Source: Folioceros fuciformis (Eukaryota). From it: a stretch of DNA of 64,000 nucleotides. The notes under the pieces are model-generated. The model made no database searches. It saw nothing but the letters and a program-made list of their open reading frames with translations, and had not been told where the DNA came from. The DNA lies in contig JBNGIO010006379.1 in NCBI GenBank assembly GCA_049999805.1, forward strand, positions 487,350-551,349, given 5' to 3'. The translations under genes and the position numbers were made by a program. Shown piece after piece: positions 50,301 through 61,818 of this stretch. Position 1 is the stretch's first letter. Each line of letters opens with the position of its first letter.

Positions 50301-51445
50301 CATGTCCTTAAAGACACTCCACACCTTTCTGAGGTATTCTGACCTTGTGTATGAGGTAACATGCTTTTATCTAATGATGAGATGAGAGTACTGTGTGCTC
50401 TCTTATCTTTCTTATGCCCAGTTGCAATCTCGTCTGGGGTTGTAGGAGGCACAGTGGTTGTAGATGGTTGCTTGAGGGTTCCATCTACAACAGACATTAG
50501 ATCGTGCTCCTCTAGGAGCGTAGTGATGCGCACCTGCCATGCCTCAAAATCGCTTCCATTGAAACGATCTCGGACACGGAATTCTATCTTTGAGATAATT
50601 GTGGAGAGTACTGAGGGTGTTGAAGTCGTCATTATGTAATGCTGAAAAACCCTAAGAGGGTCAAAGGGTAGCATCTACCAAGGGATTCTACTATGGGTAA
50701 GGCTCTACTGTATCTAGATGTAGAGTTGTGTTGAGAGTTTATTGATTACAAGGCGCAGCGCCTCTAATTGGGGTTCCACGCAGTCGAGTTGAATCTTAAG
50801 GTAGTCCTGTGTGGAAAGGAGACCTGGTAAAGGCACATGAGAGAAATCATGGGGTTGATTTGGTTCAAGAATTGACCGATTATGTGGGCTTGAGATTTTT
50901 GATGGGTGCAGATAAGGGCTGCTAGCACTGGGTCTGTGCTCAAAAGAAGGTTGTCTACGTCTGGGGGGTTAGCTTATAAGTTCTGTACATTTGCCGTAGA
51001 GGCTTTGGCACTTCTGAGTCGTCTTGCTGACTGGTACATATTGATAGAGCTTGTTTCTTCGGCATTCCGCTTACTCTGAGATTGCTGAATAATAAGTGCT
51101 GCGGACGCGCTGTAGGGTCATAGCTTTAAGCTGTAAAGGCCCAATCGAAAGATCGACAATAGCACATGGTCGTGCAAAGCGACCGGGCTCTAATACCATA
51201 AAGCCGGAGTAGGGAGAACGATGCTGACGAGGGGAACGGTGATTGTTTTGGGTTGCGACTATAAATACAAAGTATGTTAACCGCTATTTAGTTTTGGCGG
51301 TTTAATAGTTCGTAACTACGCTAACTACTTTCTTTACTATTAGTTATATGTCTGCTTAAGTAGGGTAAAAACAAAACGTGCCCTAATGTTTGTGCCTTGG
51401 TCTACGGTGCATGTCGGCGGTGAGCCAACAAGCGGTGCAGGAACA
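47305..51445 (-). mobile_element. Ty1/Copia LTR retrotransposon with both LTRs, internally deleted, non-autonomous
   Basis: 247-bp LTRs at 47305-47551 and 51199-51445; PBS tggtattagagc (51198-51187); PPT gagggggag; TSD caaac/cagac. gag FNGSDFEAWQVRI, protease WFMDSEAKTHIC, integrase start fused to the RT 3' part near 48575, RNase H LCCDNQSAI. Confidence 0.95.
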
Positions 51446-52197
51446 CAGACAAGCCTTTGTCATAGTGTGTTGCTCTTGTCATTTGCACTTGCTTATCCAT
51501 AGTAGGGGCTATAGTGATAATGTCCCTCCCAACTAGCACCCCTTGCCACTATTTTTCTTGTACTTTGTCTTGTAGGCATTATATTATGTTGGCCTTTGTA
51601 AGACTTCCCCACGTTTTGTATTTGAAAAATGAAAGATGTGGCTAAAAGTGGAAGCGTGTTTTGTCCATCCATGCAATCACAAAAATGGTATATGTACACA
51701 CATTCATGATTTCAGCAAGCAATAATGAAAGCTACCTAGTACGATATACCAATGCCAAATTTATGGCCAATAGAAACTATGCTTCATGTGTGTCTGTTCC
51801 AGGAACTACAAGCTTCACGAACGACTGCTCCTTCTTTTGCTTAGAAAGCTTCCAACTACTTTTTGTGTCCTAAAATGCAAGCTTCTCCTTTAAGTTGTTA
51901 TCAGAATTGATAGGAAGTGTAGATAACATGGTCTTCACTTCTGCCTATGCTCCCAACCCCTCTAGCTGCCTAATCAGTTGTTGGAATAAAGCTGCTACAT
52001 GTTGTTGCAAAAAAAGGTCACTCTTGTAACATGGTTGTTACCTATTGGCACAAAGTTTCTATGCTTGGAGTTGCATCTAGTCACTAGTCTACTACCTATG
52101 TGCATGAATAGTCCATAGTGTCCCTTGGTTGTGTGTGCAATAACGCCATGTTGTTCCTACACCACTCACTGTATTTATGCATACGCTTCCATATTTA

Positions 52198-52944
52198 TGT
52201 TGAGGATTATGATGCAAGCTCATATAAGTATTGAGGGTGTGTTACTTGTTTCACATTGATCTCCCTAAATAATTGCTGCAAAAAGTGTAAGGAACCTTGT
52301 AAGTAGCAAGCTGCATTATCGTTTACGGCTACTACTTGCAATTCAAGTTCCAAGACATGGGCAACCACTTTCACAGCCAAAAGGGATTTTATGAGGTTGA
52401 CTCATGAGGAGTTTAGTATCAAAGAAGTAAGAGGGGAAGCCTCAAATTTGCGGAAATAGATGCAAGGAAGGCATTTCTTTTGCCTCTTCACCATTAAGAG
52501 AGCCCTTGTTCACCACCCTTCAAGCGTTATTATTTTACAAGTAGATATAGTCTATATGCAAGACTTGTTTTCAAACATTTCAGAACTAGGGAGCCCACTA
52601 GCTAGACCGCACCTAGGAAAACCACGTTGTGCTAATAGCCTAAGAACACCAAGCATCGAAGATCTGTCCTTAGGTGACATGGGAATGGTTATACCCACAT
52701 CTTCTCATGCAACTAGCAGACTAAAGCGGGAGCAGGGAGAACGATGCTGACGAGGGGAACGCTGATTGTTTTGGATAGCGAATATAAATACAAAGTACGT
52801 TAACCGCTATTTAGTTTTGACTATTTAATTGTTCGTAACTACGCTAACTACTTTCTTCACTATTAGTTATATGTCTGCTTAAGCAAGGTAAAAACGAAAC
52901 GTGCCCTAATGTTCGTGCCTCAGTCCACGATGCATGTCGGTGGT
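52198..52944. repeat. Local duplicate of 46781-~47525 (left flank plus most of the Copia 3' LTR), bracketed by an 82-bp direct repeat
   Basis: tgttgaggattatgatgcaagctcat... through ...ccacgatgcatgtcgg matches 46781 onward; the flanks 52111-52192 and 52943-53024 are near-identical. Confidence 0.9.
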
Positions 52945-53349
52945 CCATAGTGTCCCTTGGTTGCGTGTGCAATAACCCCATGTTGTTCCTACACCACTTA
53001 TTGTATTTATGCATATGCTTCCATGATACTGACTTCACACATAAGAAAGGCTAGGAGATACTATGTTTGGCAATAATACATCACTATCTGCATTGCACAA
53101 AGCCTTTTGAAAGACACTCTGTAGTATTTGCTCTTGCTTTGAGTTCCTAAGCATGCCAGCTTCTTTACATTGTACCACATATAAAAAATGTTTGTTCAAT
53201 TTCTTGAACAAAATGTGCAGAAGCCATTCCTATCCTCTTTGTGGCATTATACCCATAACTTGAATCCACTAATGCATGTTACAGCCCCACTGCTCCCTTA
53301 AGTGCTATCATGCATAAAAGGTGACATAGAAGTGTACCAATTTTTCTCT

Positions 53350-54600
53350 ACAGGCTTGCTTCACATTGACACTCTCATCAAAGTCCATACGCATAATGTC
53401 ACTCGAGCACTTCCTAATGGCCTATCTTATGTGGGGTTCCTTTACCTTTTTTAGCAGTTGCCGTAACTAAGCTCTCCTAACATGCCATAAGCATAAAAAG
53501 ATTTGCACGAATGTTCCAAACACAGCTTGGGTGACTTTAATTCTACCATACAATTGTTTACAAGAAAAGCAATGCGTTGCCATGTAGATTGACGTTCGTA
53601 CCATCTTCTCATGCAAGCAATGTAGCCACTTTGAAATAACATGTATTATGGCCTTACTTTTAACAACCCAAGCTACAAGAATGCCATTGAAATGGTCATC
53701 AAATACCAAAACTGTGAAGAGCTAGAACTTCCATTTGTTGGTGGCAAATCTTGCATCCATAGCAATGATCGAGTTGTGACCCCAACAGAGGTTTGTCTGC
53801 ATTTGAAAATCACTGTAGATACCTAACATGAGGTCTGTGGCATGGTCTTTTATTCCTTGTAGCGGATATAATACTTTAGATTTATTGATATCCATCCATA
53901 GCTTAACACTCACTCCATCTTGTGCATTGAAACGCAACACCCTAATATCAAGTTCAGCTTGTAGATTCCTAATGTCACTAGGAAGGAGAAAATCAACCCT
54001 CTACAATATTGCTTCTAAATCACCTTGCTTTCGTAAGAAAACATAAGACTCATGGTCTTTCATGATTTGAAAGGTTGAGGTCTTGCACAACAACTTGTAC
54101 TTCATTTGTTCCTTCTTGGCCACATATAAGTAAGGAGTGAGAGTGCAATTTGGACTTGAGTTGATAGTAAGCAAACCATGACAATATTGCCTTATGGAAT
54201 TGATGTGGTGTCTTTCATGTAACTATAGTTCAACCATATCAAGGAACATTTCAAGTTGGATAACAAACACCAGAAATTGGCATCCACGCTTCTTACTCTC
54301 CTCACACATCACCTTAGAGCGCCTATTGCCAGCACATATCTTTGGCTTGTTAGTGAGATTAGCACATGTTTCTGATTCCATGAAACTGTATTTTCGGAAA
54401 CCAAAAGCACAATTGAACTTCATGTAATGGCAAGGAATGGTTGGAGATATTGCATTTTGCCTAATGCTTGACCGTGTCCACACGTTCACCCTTACCAACT
54501 TTGTTGGAAAGAATTTTTATTCCTTCTCCCAAACGATTAAATCTACATATCTTCTCCATGGAATGTAACAAGTTTTGACGAGACTAACTTTCTTCGCAAT
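53350..54600 (-). mobile_element. MULE/Mutator-type transposase relic (SWIM-associated family)
   Basis: Fragmented ORFs: ESKKRGCQF, GHNSIIAMDARFATNK, VFDDHFNGILVAWVV, IFLCLWHVRRA (CxWH motif). Many stops; element ends not identified. Confidence 0.75.
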
Positions 54601-55086
54601 TGTGCACACAACATCTTGCTATTCCAAGGTTTCCTTCTCGGCAAGGAGTCCGAACAATGAAAGGGCACACTTGTGGTTGAAGGAGAACATTTGTATTTCT
54701 ACACTCAACTTCCATCATGATCTTTGGAATCTAAAGAGAACCTAATTGTTAAAGTTCACTCAAATTGAAGCACTCAATTGTGCACCCCACTTAGGTGTGC
54801 ATGCTGCTTGAGATGCAATTTGGAATAGCGACAGGGTGCCTTGCATTTGTGGCTTACAACAATTGAAAGGTAGTTGCAGTTGTCCTCGTCAAATTTGCGT
54901 GCAGAAGATGTATATAACTTGAATACAAACAGTTACGAATAGATTATGCTCCAACGAGATTAGAGTGATACGGAATGGCATGACGACCTGCTGTTCCTGG
55001 ATTCCTTCTAGCACCTGGTTCCATCAATTAATTGCAGTGCATTTTGTTGCACGCATCGCAGCGCCTTGTCGATCTCAGGAGGAAGG

Positions 55087-56682
55087 ATGGCGGGGAAGCT
55101 TGTCTGTGTGACGGGGGCGTCTGGCTTCATCGCATCCTGGTTGGTGAAGCTGCTGCTCGAAAGAGATTATACCGTTCGCGCCACGGTGCGAGACACTGGT
55201 GAGTGTTGCGTAATGTCTTCCTGTAAATCATGAAGTGTTGTGCTCGTAATAGTGTCCGCGGGCAGATGTTCCTACACCTTTCAGTGGTCTCCACGATATG
55301 CAGCATGTAAATTGTCCAAGTAGAGCGTCTCGTCCTCACATGAATTTTCCCAGGAGCTGCCTCGAAGACCAAGCACTTGCTGAGCTTGCCCGGCGCGAAT
55401 GAGAGGCTCCACCTGGTTAAGGCAGACCTGCTCGTGGAAGGCTCCTTCGATGCTGCCGTCGACGGTTGTTCTGGGGTTTTCCATACTGCTTCCCCTTTCT
55501 TTTATAAAGCCGCGGATCCTCAGGTAAGGACTGTCACGTGATCTTCGTTAGGGCTGGAGGAGGAACGTTCCTTTCGTCGCACCTTGTGTTTCGTCGCTGG
55601 CAAACATTACGTCGGTGGATTCCATTGTTGGTTCTTGTTGGAAGTCGTAGGCTGAAATGAGCTTGTTGCGAGCAGAAAGAACTTCTCGAACCAGCCGTCA
55701 ACGGGACTCTGAATGTTCTAGGAGCTGCTGTTAAAGCGAAATCTGTGAGGCGGGTGGTTCTTACATCGTCTCTGGCCGCCATCAATAACAGTCGTGAAAG
55801 GAAAACAGCTGTTGATGAGAGTGACTGGACTGACCCTGAATATGTCAGGAGCATAAGGGTGAGCTTGTTTGTAGAAAAGCTTCGTAGGTGAACTAGGTGG
55901 TCGCACAGTACATCTCATTCCCTTGGGTATGTGATTGGCAGGCCTGGTATCCACTGTCCAAGACATTGGCAGAACAAGCAGCTTGGGATTTTGCGAAGAC
56001 GAATAATCTGGATTTGGTGGTTATCAATCCATCCATGGTGGTTGGAGCCCTCCTCCAGCCGACACTGAACACGAGCTCTGAGTACATTGTTCGCTTCCTG
56101 CAAGGTGACTCTTTCAGTTTGGCGTTTTAGGACTACAGTTGCAGGGTGATGGCACTGTTCTGTTATTGCTACTGGGATAGCTCAAGGACTTCGCCTGTCT
56201 TTTTTATAGGGTCTGAGAAATATCCGAATCTTGCTTTTGGTTTCGTACATGTGCGAGATGTGGCTCTTGCGCACATCCTAGCTTATGAAAACCAAAACGC
56301 ATCTGGCCGATACATAGTCTCTAAGGAGTGTCTCCATCTGGGTGAATTCGTGGAGTTGCTGCAGAAGCTGTTTCCTGAATTCGAAGGAGTTGCCACGTAA
56401 GTGCTTCATCCCATGGCCTCATCTGTCCAGATAGAGGGTAGTCAAGGTCGTGGTAGAACAGATTGAATGCGATGTTAGCATGTTTATGGACAAGGGTAAT
56501 CCATGTCCAGGCCTGCTTTACCGGAAGAACCAAGAGTGACGAAGGTTGTGGCCTCTACTGAGAAAGCACGGAAGGAGCTTGGACTTGAACTGAAGTCCGT
56601 TGAGGATGCTGTCAAAGAAAGTGTCGCATCACTGAAGGAAAGTAACATTTTGGCTCCCGAAGTGGTTAGTCTTACGAGCTAA
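55087..56682 (+). CDS. CCR/DFR-like NAD(P)-dependent reductase (phenylacetaldehyde reductase/TKPR-type), 6 exons
   Basis: [62 protein letters not shown] (YxxxK); [10 protein letters not shown]. It lacks the NWYCY motif of bona fide CCR. Confidence 0.92.
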
Positions 56683-57047
56683 CGACACTTTGAGGCCGAG
56701 ACGAAGTACCGTTCAAGTCGTAGAGGTGAGGAAATAAGTTGAGGCGTAATAGTTTGTCCCGCTCCGGAAGTGAGGCTATAGTGGAATTGGCATAGCCTTA
56801 AGGTCCTTGACAGTGACGTACTGTATGTTGCAGTTCAGCAGTCATTGTGTACTAACTAACGTGTCTTCTGGCAGAACTTACTGCAAGCGGAGGTACTCCG
56901 TGTTGAGCAAGGATTCGCCGAAAGAGCCAAAAACTGAAATATGGGGCCGATATTGAGATCAGAAATAAGCTGTATAATTATGAAGTAAATTATAGGGCCA
57001 TTAGGTCGAGATCAGAATTTGGTGTTGCTGGCCGAGGCTGAAGGGCC

Positions 57048-60000
57048 ATGGCTAAGGCGCTTGGTAACTCGGGAGGATTATCGGAAAATGAGTTCAAGAA
57101 AGAGTTGTACAACGCACTTTTGTCTTCAGGCACTCTCAATCTTCTTAAGGTTCGGTAACCATGTGCCTTGAACCTGTTTGGATTTACATTAAAACCATAA
57201 AAAGAGTAAATCATGATGGTATAATGTGCTGTTTTGGCCGCAGAGCCAACTACGAGCAAAGCTTATGGACCGACTTCGAGACCAGAATCAGGATGGGATT
57301 AAAAGCCCAAACATGAGGAGGCAGTCCTCACTACAAGAACGGCTTTTGATAAGCTTGTTCGTTGATTACCTTCAGACTAATGCTTATTGCTTCACACTTT
57401 CGGTTTTCCTACCAGAATGCCAAATAGGACACTGGCCTCCTTTTTCTCACCAAGAAATGCTTCAACTCTTTCATTTGGATACTTCGTCATCATTTTATCG
57501 CCACATGGAGAAGGTAAGCATGGGGTCAAAAGATTTATCTTTTATCAAACATGCAAAAAAACACAAATTCTACTTGCTAAATGGGCTTGTGATGGTTGTC
57601 GCCTTGTATTGTAGACATCTGGAGAAAATTGTTGTTTGGCACAAAAGCTAGTGATGGGCTTACAAACTATGTCTTTCCCCAACAACTCAAAGGAAGCTTC
57701 CACACAAACACCTGATGTCTTTGGACCCAAGAAATTTGGTAAACACAAACTCACTCACTCACTTACCTATGTATTGCATTGAAATAGGCATCTTTTAATA
57801 TTTTTAATGCTCAAATAATTAAACATATGTTGACTAGGAGATATGTCTTGAGTAGATAATTATATCCCAGAAATAGGGGAAGGTTTTCTACGTAAGGCTC
57901 AAGCTCAAAGACTCATTCTAGACCGCAATACAGCAGAACAAACTAACCTGTTTAATGAAGACCTTGAAAATTATGTGCATTTGCAAGTAATCTTCTTAAT
58001 TGGAAATTAGGCATCCAAGTAACATGTAATTTGAAACCTTTAAGAAAATTCGTATAAATAGTTATACAAACATACATATAAGTTAAATCTTACTTTGGAT
58101 AACCTCTAATTCTTGGTTGTATTTATAGGTGAAGAAAATGATTGACATGCACATCAATGATATGAGATCAGAAGAAGAAGCAGAATTTAGGAAGTAAGCA
58201 AAAGATATACTAAAGAATGAAGTTAAATTCCTATCCGTAAGTAGTCATAAGTTACTTTTGTTTGCTTCTAGACAGTTAACGAAAACGAAACAAGATTCCG
58301 ACAAGTTTTACAAACTTGATCTCGAAGGTCTGCATGGAAAGGAAAATATTTTTTTGGAGAAGTTGGCAGCAAAACAAAAGGTGTATGAAAATATTTTTAA
58401 TTTATTTTAAAATATTAATATGTATGATAAAAGTTATATATTTAATGTATAAGTTTACTCATGTTATAAAGGAAATTGAGAGCTCAGCATATGAGCATCG
58501 ACAACAAATCCTTTCCGACTTGAACAATCTTAGGCAAAGGGAAGAAAGATTGAAGTCTTATACTAATGAGCAGGTAACTTCAAATTGAAGGGGCTTATTA
58601 TGAATAAAGTTTCAATTTTGGGTTTGCTCAGTACCAAGTGATAAAAGTGCTATATAGGAAGTTAGATTGGCGCAAAGAGAGGATCTTTTAGCTAAGAAAG
58701 AAAAGCTATTGCGAACGAGGGAAAGTGACTTAGCTCATAAGTATGAATTGTTGCAAATTCAAGCACATAATATTCTTCAAAGGTACACCCTAGAATGAAT
58801 TACCAACTAGAATTCTTAATTTTTAGTAATTTAAAATAATGTTAAATAACATACTAGTTTTGTTTATTAAGAAAGAGTATAAGTGGAGACGAGAATTACA
58901 AGAGATTTCTCAAGCAACTTTGCAACAATAAAGAAGGTATTTCATCTCTCTATCTCTATTACACTTTCCTGTAGAATGAAACCCTAAACCCTAAAAGATA
59001 GTACTCTCATGATGTTGGTGGAATCTTCATGTGCTGACTAAAGTGTGTGTTTCCATTGTAGTTGAAACCATCAAACTTATTGAAGAAACTTACCTGGAAA
59101 AGAATAATAATACTAATAAATATGATCAAGGACTTTTGCAAGCCCTCAAAGAACGTCTTGCAAGAGAAACTAAAGAGAAAGTCTTGTTGCTCAATATAGT
59201 TAAAGATGTAATATGGAATTTAAGGCAATTATTAAATCAGTATTTAATTTATTAAGAAATATACATAATTTTATGTACATGTGATCTCTAGATGGAACAC
59301 AAATGGATGCATCAAGATGTGGAAATGAATATGATCTTTCCTAATGAACCCCCTTTCCTTTTAAAGAGGTAGATAATATACATTCGAACTTTTTTTTTTA
59401 ATGTGTTTTTTTATTATAATAAAATTAATTCTTTTAATAGATTATTGGAACAACAAATAAATTTTGAAGATGTATATAATATATTAAGAAAAAAACAAGA
59501 CTCCCAAAATCAACTTCAAACTCTCCAAGAAAAACTTCTCAATCTAGAGGTGCTTGAATTGGTTGATTGATATTCCAGTTTATTTTAATAGCATAGTATT
59601 AATATTCAGTATGAAGTAATTTATATTTGGATTATATTAGAGTGATTTTCATAACTCTCAAGAAAAATCTTTGGATCAAAGGAGATCATCCCCTGTGGAA
59701 TCAAACAAAGAAAAAGTAAGCACGCAACAAACGAAAATCTTTTGTTTCTCATGTTTTATGCATGGATATCTGTGTGAGCTTGCGTTTCTCTTTGTACGTC
59801 GCAGGAGAATCTCTCAGTTCTTCGAGACTGTACCAAGACGAGCTGTGGCTGTACTGAAGATGCCCGAGGTTAGTGGTACAAAGACATAGGGGTGCCAAGG
59901 CACTTGTTGTTCGCCATATTCCTTGACGTACTCTTGATATTCGTGCTATCGCAACAGCGGGGAACGCTGGAAATCACAGAGCTTCGCTGGCCGAAAATGA

Positions 60001-61818
60001 TACCAGCATTAGGAGGTTAGGCGGAGTCTGTGCCACACTGGGTAACATTTTGCAACCTCGATTCTCTTGCCTGCTTATGGTGATTAGCTTCTGTAGATTC
60101 GAAGACGGAAATTTGCTCATACAGCAGCAGGGAGCCCCCGCGCTGGCCAAGACCCAGCCGTACTTATGTAACCCTGATGAGGAATCGCCGAGGACTAGAC
60201 TGGTTGGTGCAGACAACTGTGCTACGACCATAAGTTTCAAAAGAAACACTGAGTCGGACCACTTCACTGTACAGAAAGCGGACTCTCACACCTTGTCGAA
60301 GCGGGAGGCAGGGGACCAGAAGTCCCACTCTGCCACGGAGTCCAGGGGCCAGGCTACAAAACGAGTATCACTAATTTCAGGACAAGGAGAAAGGTCACTA
60401 ACGAAAAGGACCAAAAGTACGAGAGGCGCCAGTGATAGCAAGGGAGCAGACGACAAGAGGAATCCGGCTGGCACGGAGAGACGTCAAACAAGTGAACTTG
60501 GTGAAGAGAGAGGAGCTTCACACAAGCAGACTGTTTCGTCGAGGGCAAGGAGGCATGCACGTGCGCAAGCAGCCAGCTTTGAAGGAAAGAGCTCCAGAAG
60601 CAGCCGGACGACCAGTCTACATTCTAAGAGAGGGAAGGTTGCAAGTAGAACCAGTAAAGAGTGGGAAGTGGAGTCGAGGTTGAGTTGTTGTCAAAAGAGG
60701 AACCTGACTATTAGCCTGAGGAAGGGAAAGAGCCCTCCAGAAGTGTCTGCAGAAAGAAGTGCTGAGCAGTCCATGAGGAGTTCTTCCAGTACATGCGCGG
60801 AATCTGTGCATGAAGCAAGTGAAGAGGTGACTACCAGAGAACCCAAATTGGAGAAGTGTGCAAGTCCTAAATTGTCAAAGAGTCCACATCACAGCCATGA
60901 CAGACAGATAAGACACGTTGCCATTTCAAGGACAGGACAGCAGGATTTATCTTGTCTCTTACCTGCTCATGACAAATATGAGGATGTAGGTTGGTACTCA
61001 GAAGAAAGTTGCAGTAACCAAGGCTTTGCAGCAAGGTTAATCAAGCTCCCTCAGAGACCTGTAAGTCGAAAGTTTCATAAACCTAATCAGGAAATTGAAA
61101 CTGGTTGTGTGACTGCTCGCAATGTTGAAAATATTTGTCCAAACCAGCAGAACCAGGAACACAAGGCTACGAATAGTTCGGTAGTCCATTCTGAGCAGGA
61201 TAGCTACAGCCCTGACGAACGCAGCAATCAGGGAACTGCAAAGATATGTAGAACCAACGAAAGTCTTAACACATCATGTGCTTCAGGAAGGACAAGCACA
61301 AAGTCGATAGGTGACATGGCCAACTAGTTTGTTCACTGTCAGAATGACCCGGGCTAGCTAGACCTTATGATGAGAGCCATGTTTCTTGGAAGAGGAACTA
61401 GGGCTCACAGTTAGGTAGAACCGAGGACAAGGACAGGATCATAGAGAATGAGCAAATACACGAGGCGGCCGACCTCCGGATCCCTTCATTCGTGATGTTC
61501 TCATAGTTTTCCAGCGTCAAGCAGTAGGGGTGCTGTTCACGGAGAACCTGGTTGAAAGAGAAGATAAGGAGTGGTAAGGTGCTTCATTCCGCATACAGTT
61601 GTTGATTCAACAAGTGGACTATGAGAAGGCTGACGGTTGTCATGTTTCCAGGTTCTGGAGGTGTCTCAGGGTTTTCTCCACGGGGGGAGAGGGATCTTGA
61701 TCACCAATCTACAAACCTTGAGAGGGGGAGGGTATTTGAGTGGCAGCATACATACCTTGAGGGAGAGGGAGACAGTTTTAAGAGCTGCTTGACGGAATAT
61801 CAAGCAGGTGTCCCATAA
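57048..61818 (+). CDS. OFD1: OFD1-like LisH/coiled-coil centriole-basal body protein, many short exons plus a long Ser/Arg-rich exon (~60097-61310)
   Basis: LSENEFKKELYNALLSSGTLNLLK / SQLRAKLM..SLFVDYLQTNAYCFTLSVFLPEC (LisH); coiled-coil EIESSAYEHRQQILSDLNNLRQREERL. Exons from 59641 onward splice in frame into ORF 60050. The 3' end (61818) is tentative. Confidence 0.75.

Noticed and set aside
52722-52944. Solo LTR
   Set aside because: Truncated, lacks its own TSD and carries about 520 bp of the original flank, so it is part of a segmental copy.
55087-56682. Bona fide lignin-pathway cinnamoyl-CoA reductase
   Set aside because: Has AWYPLSK rather than the NWYCY signature, so it is called CCR-like only.
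58979-58995. Telomere-like aaaccctaaaccctaaa
   Set aside because: Only about two units inside an intron; a common telo-box-like motif, not an interstitial telomere.
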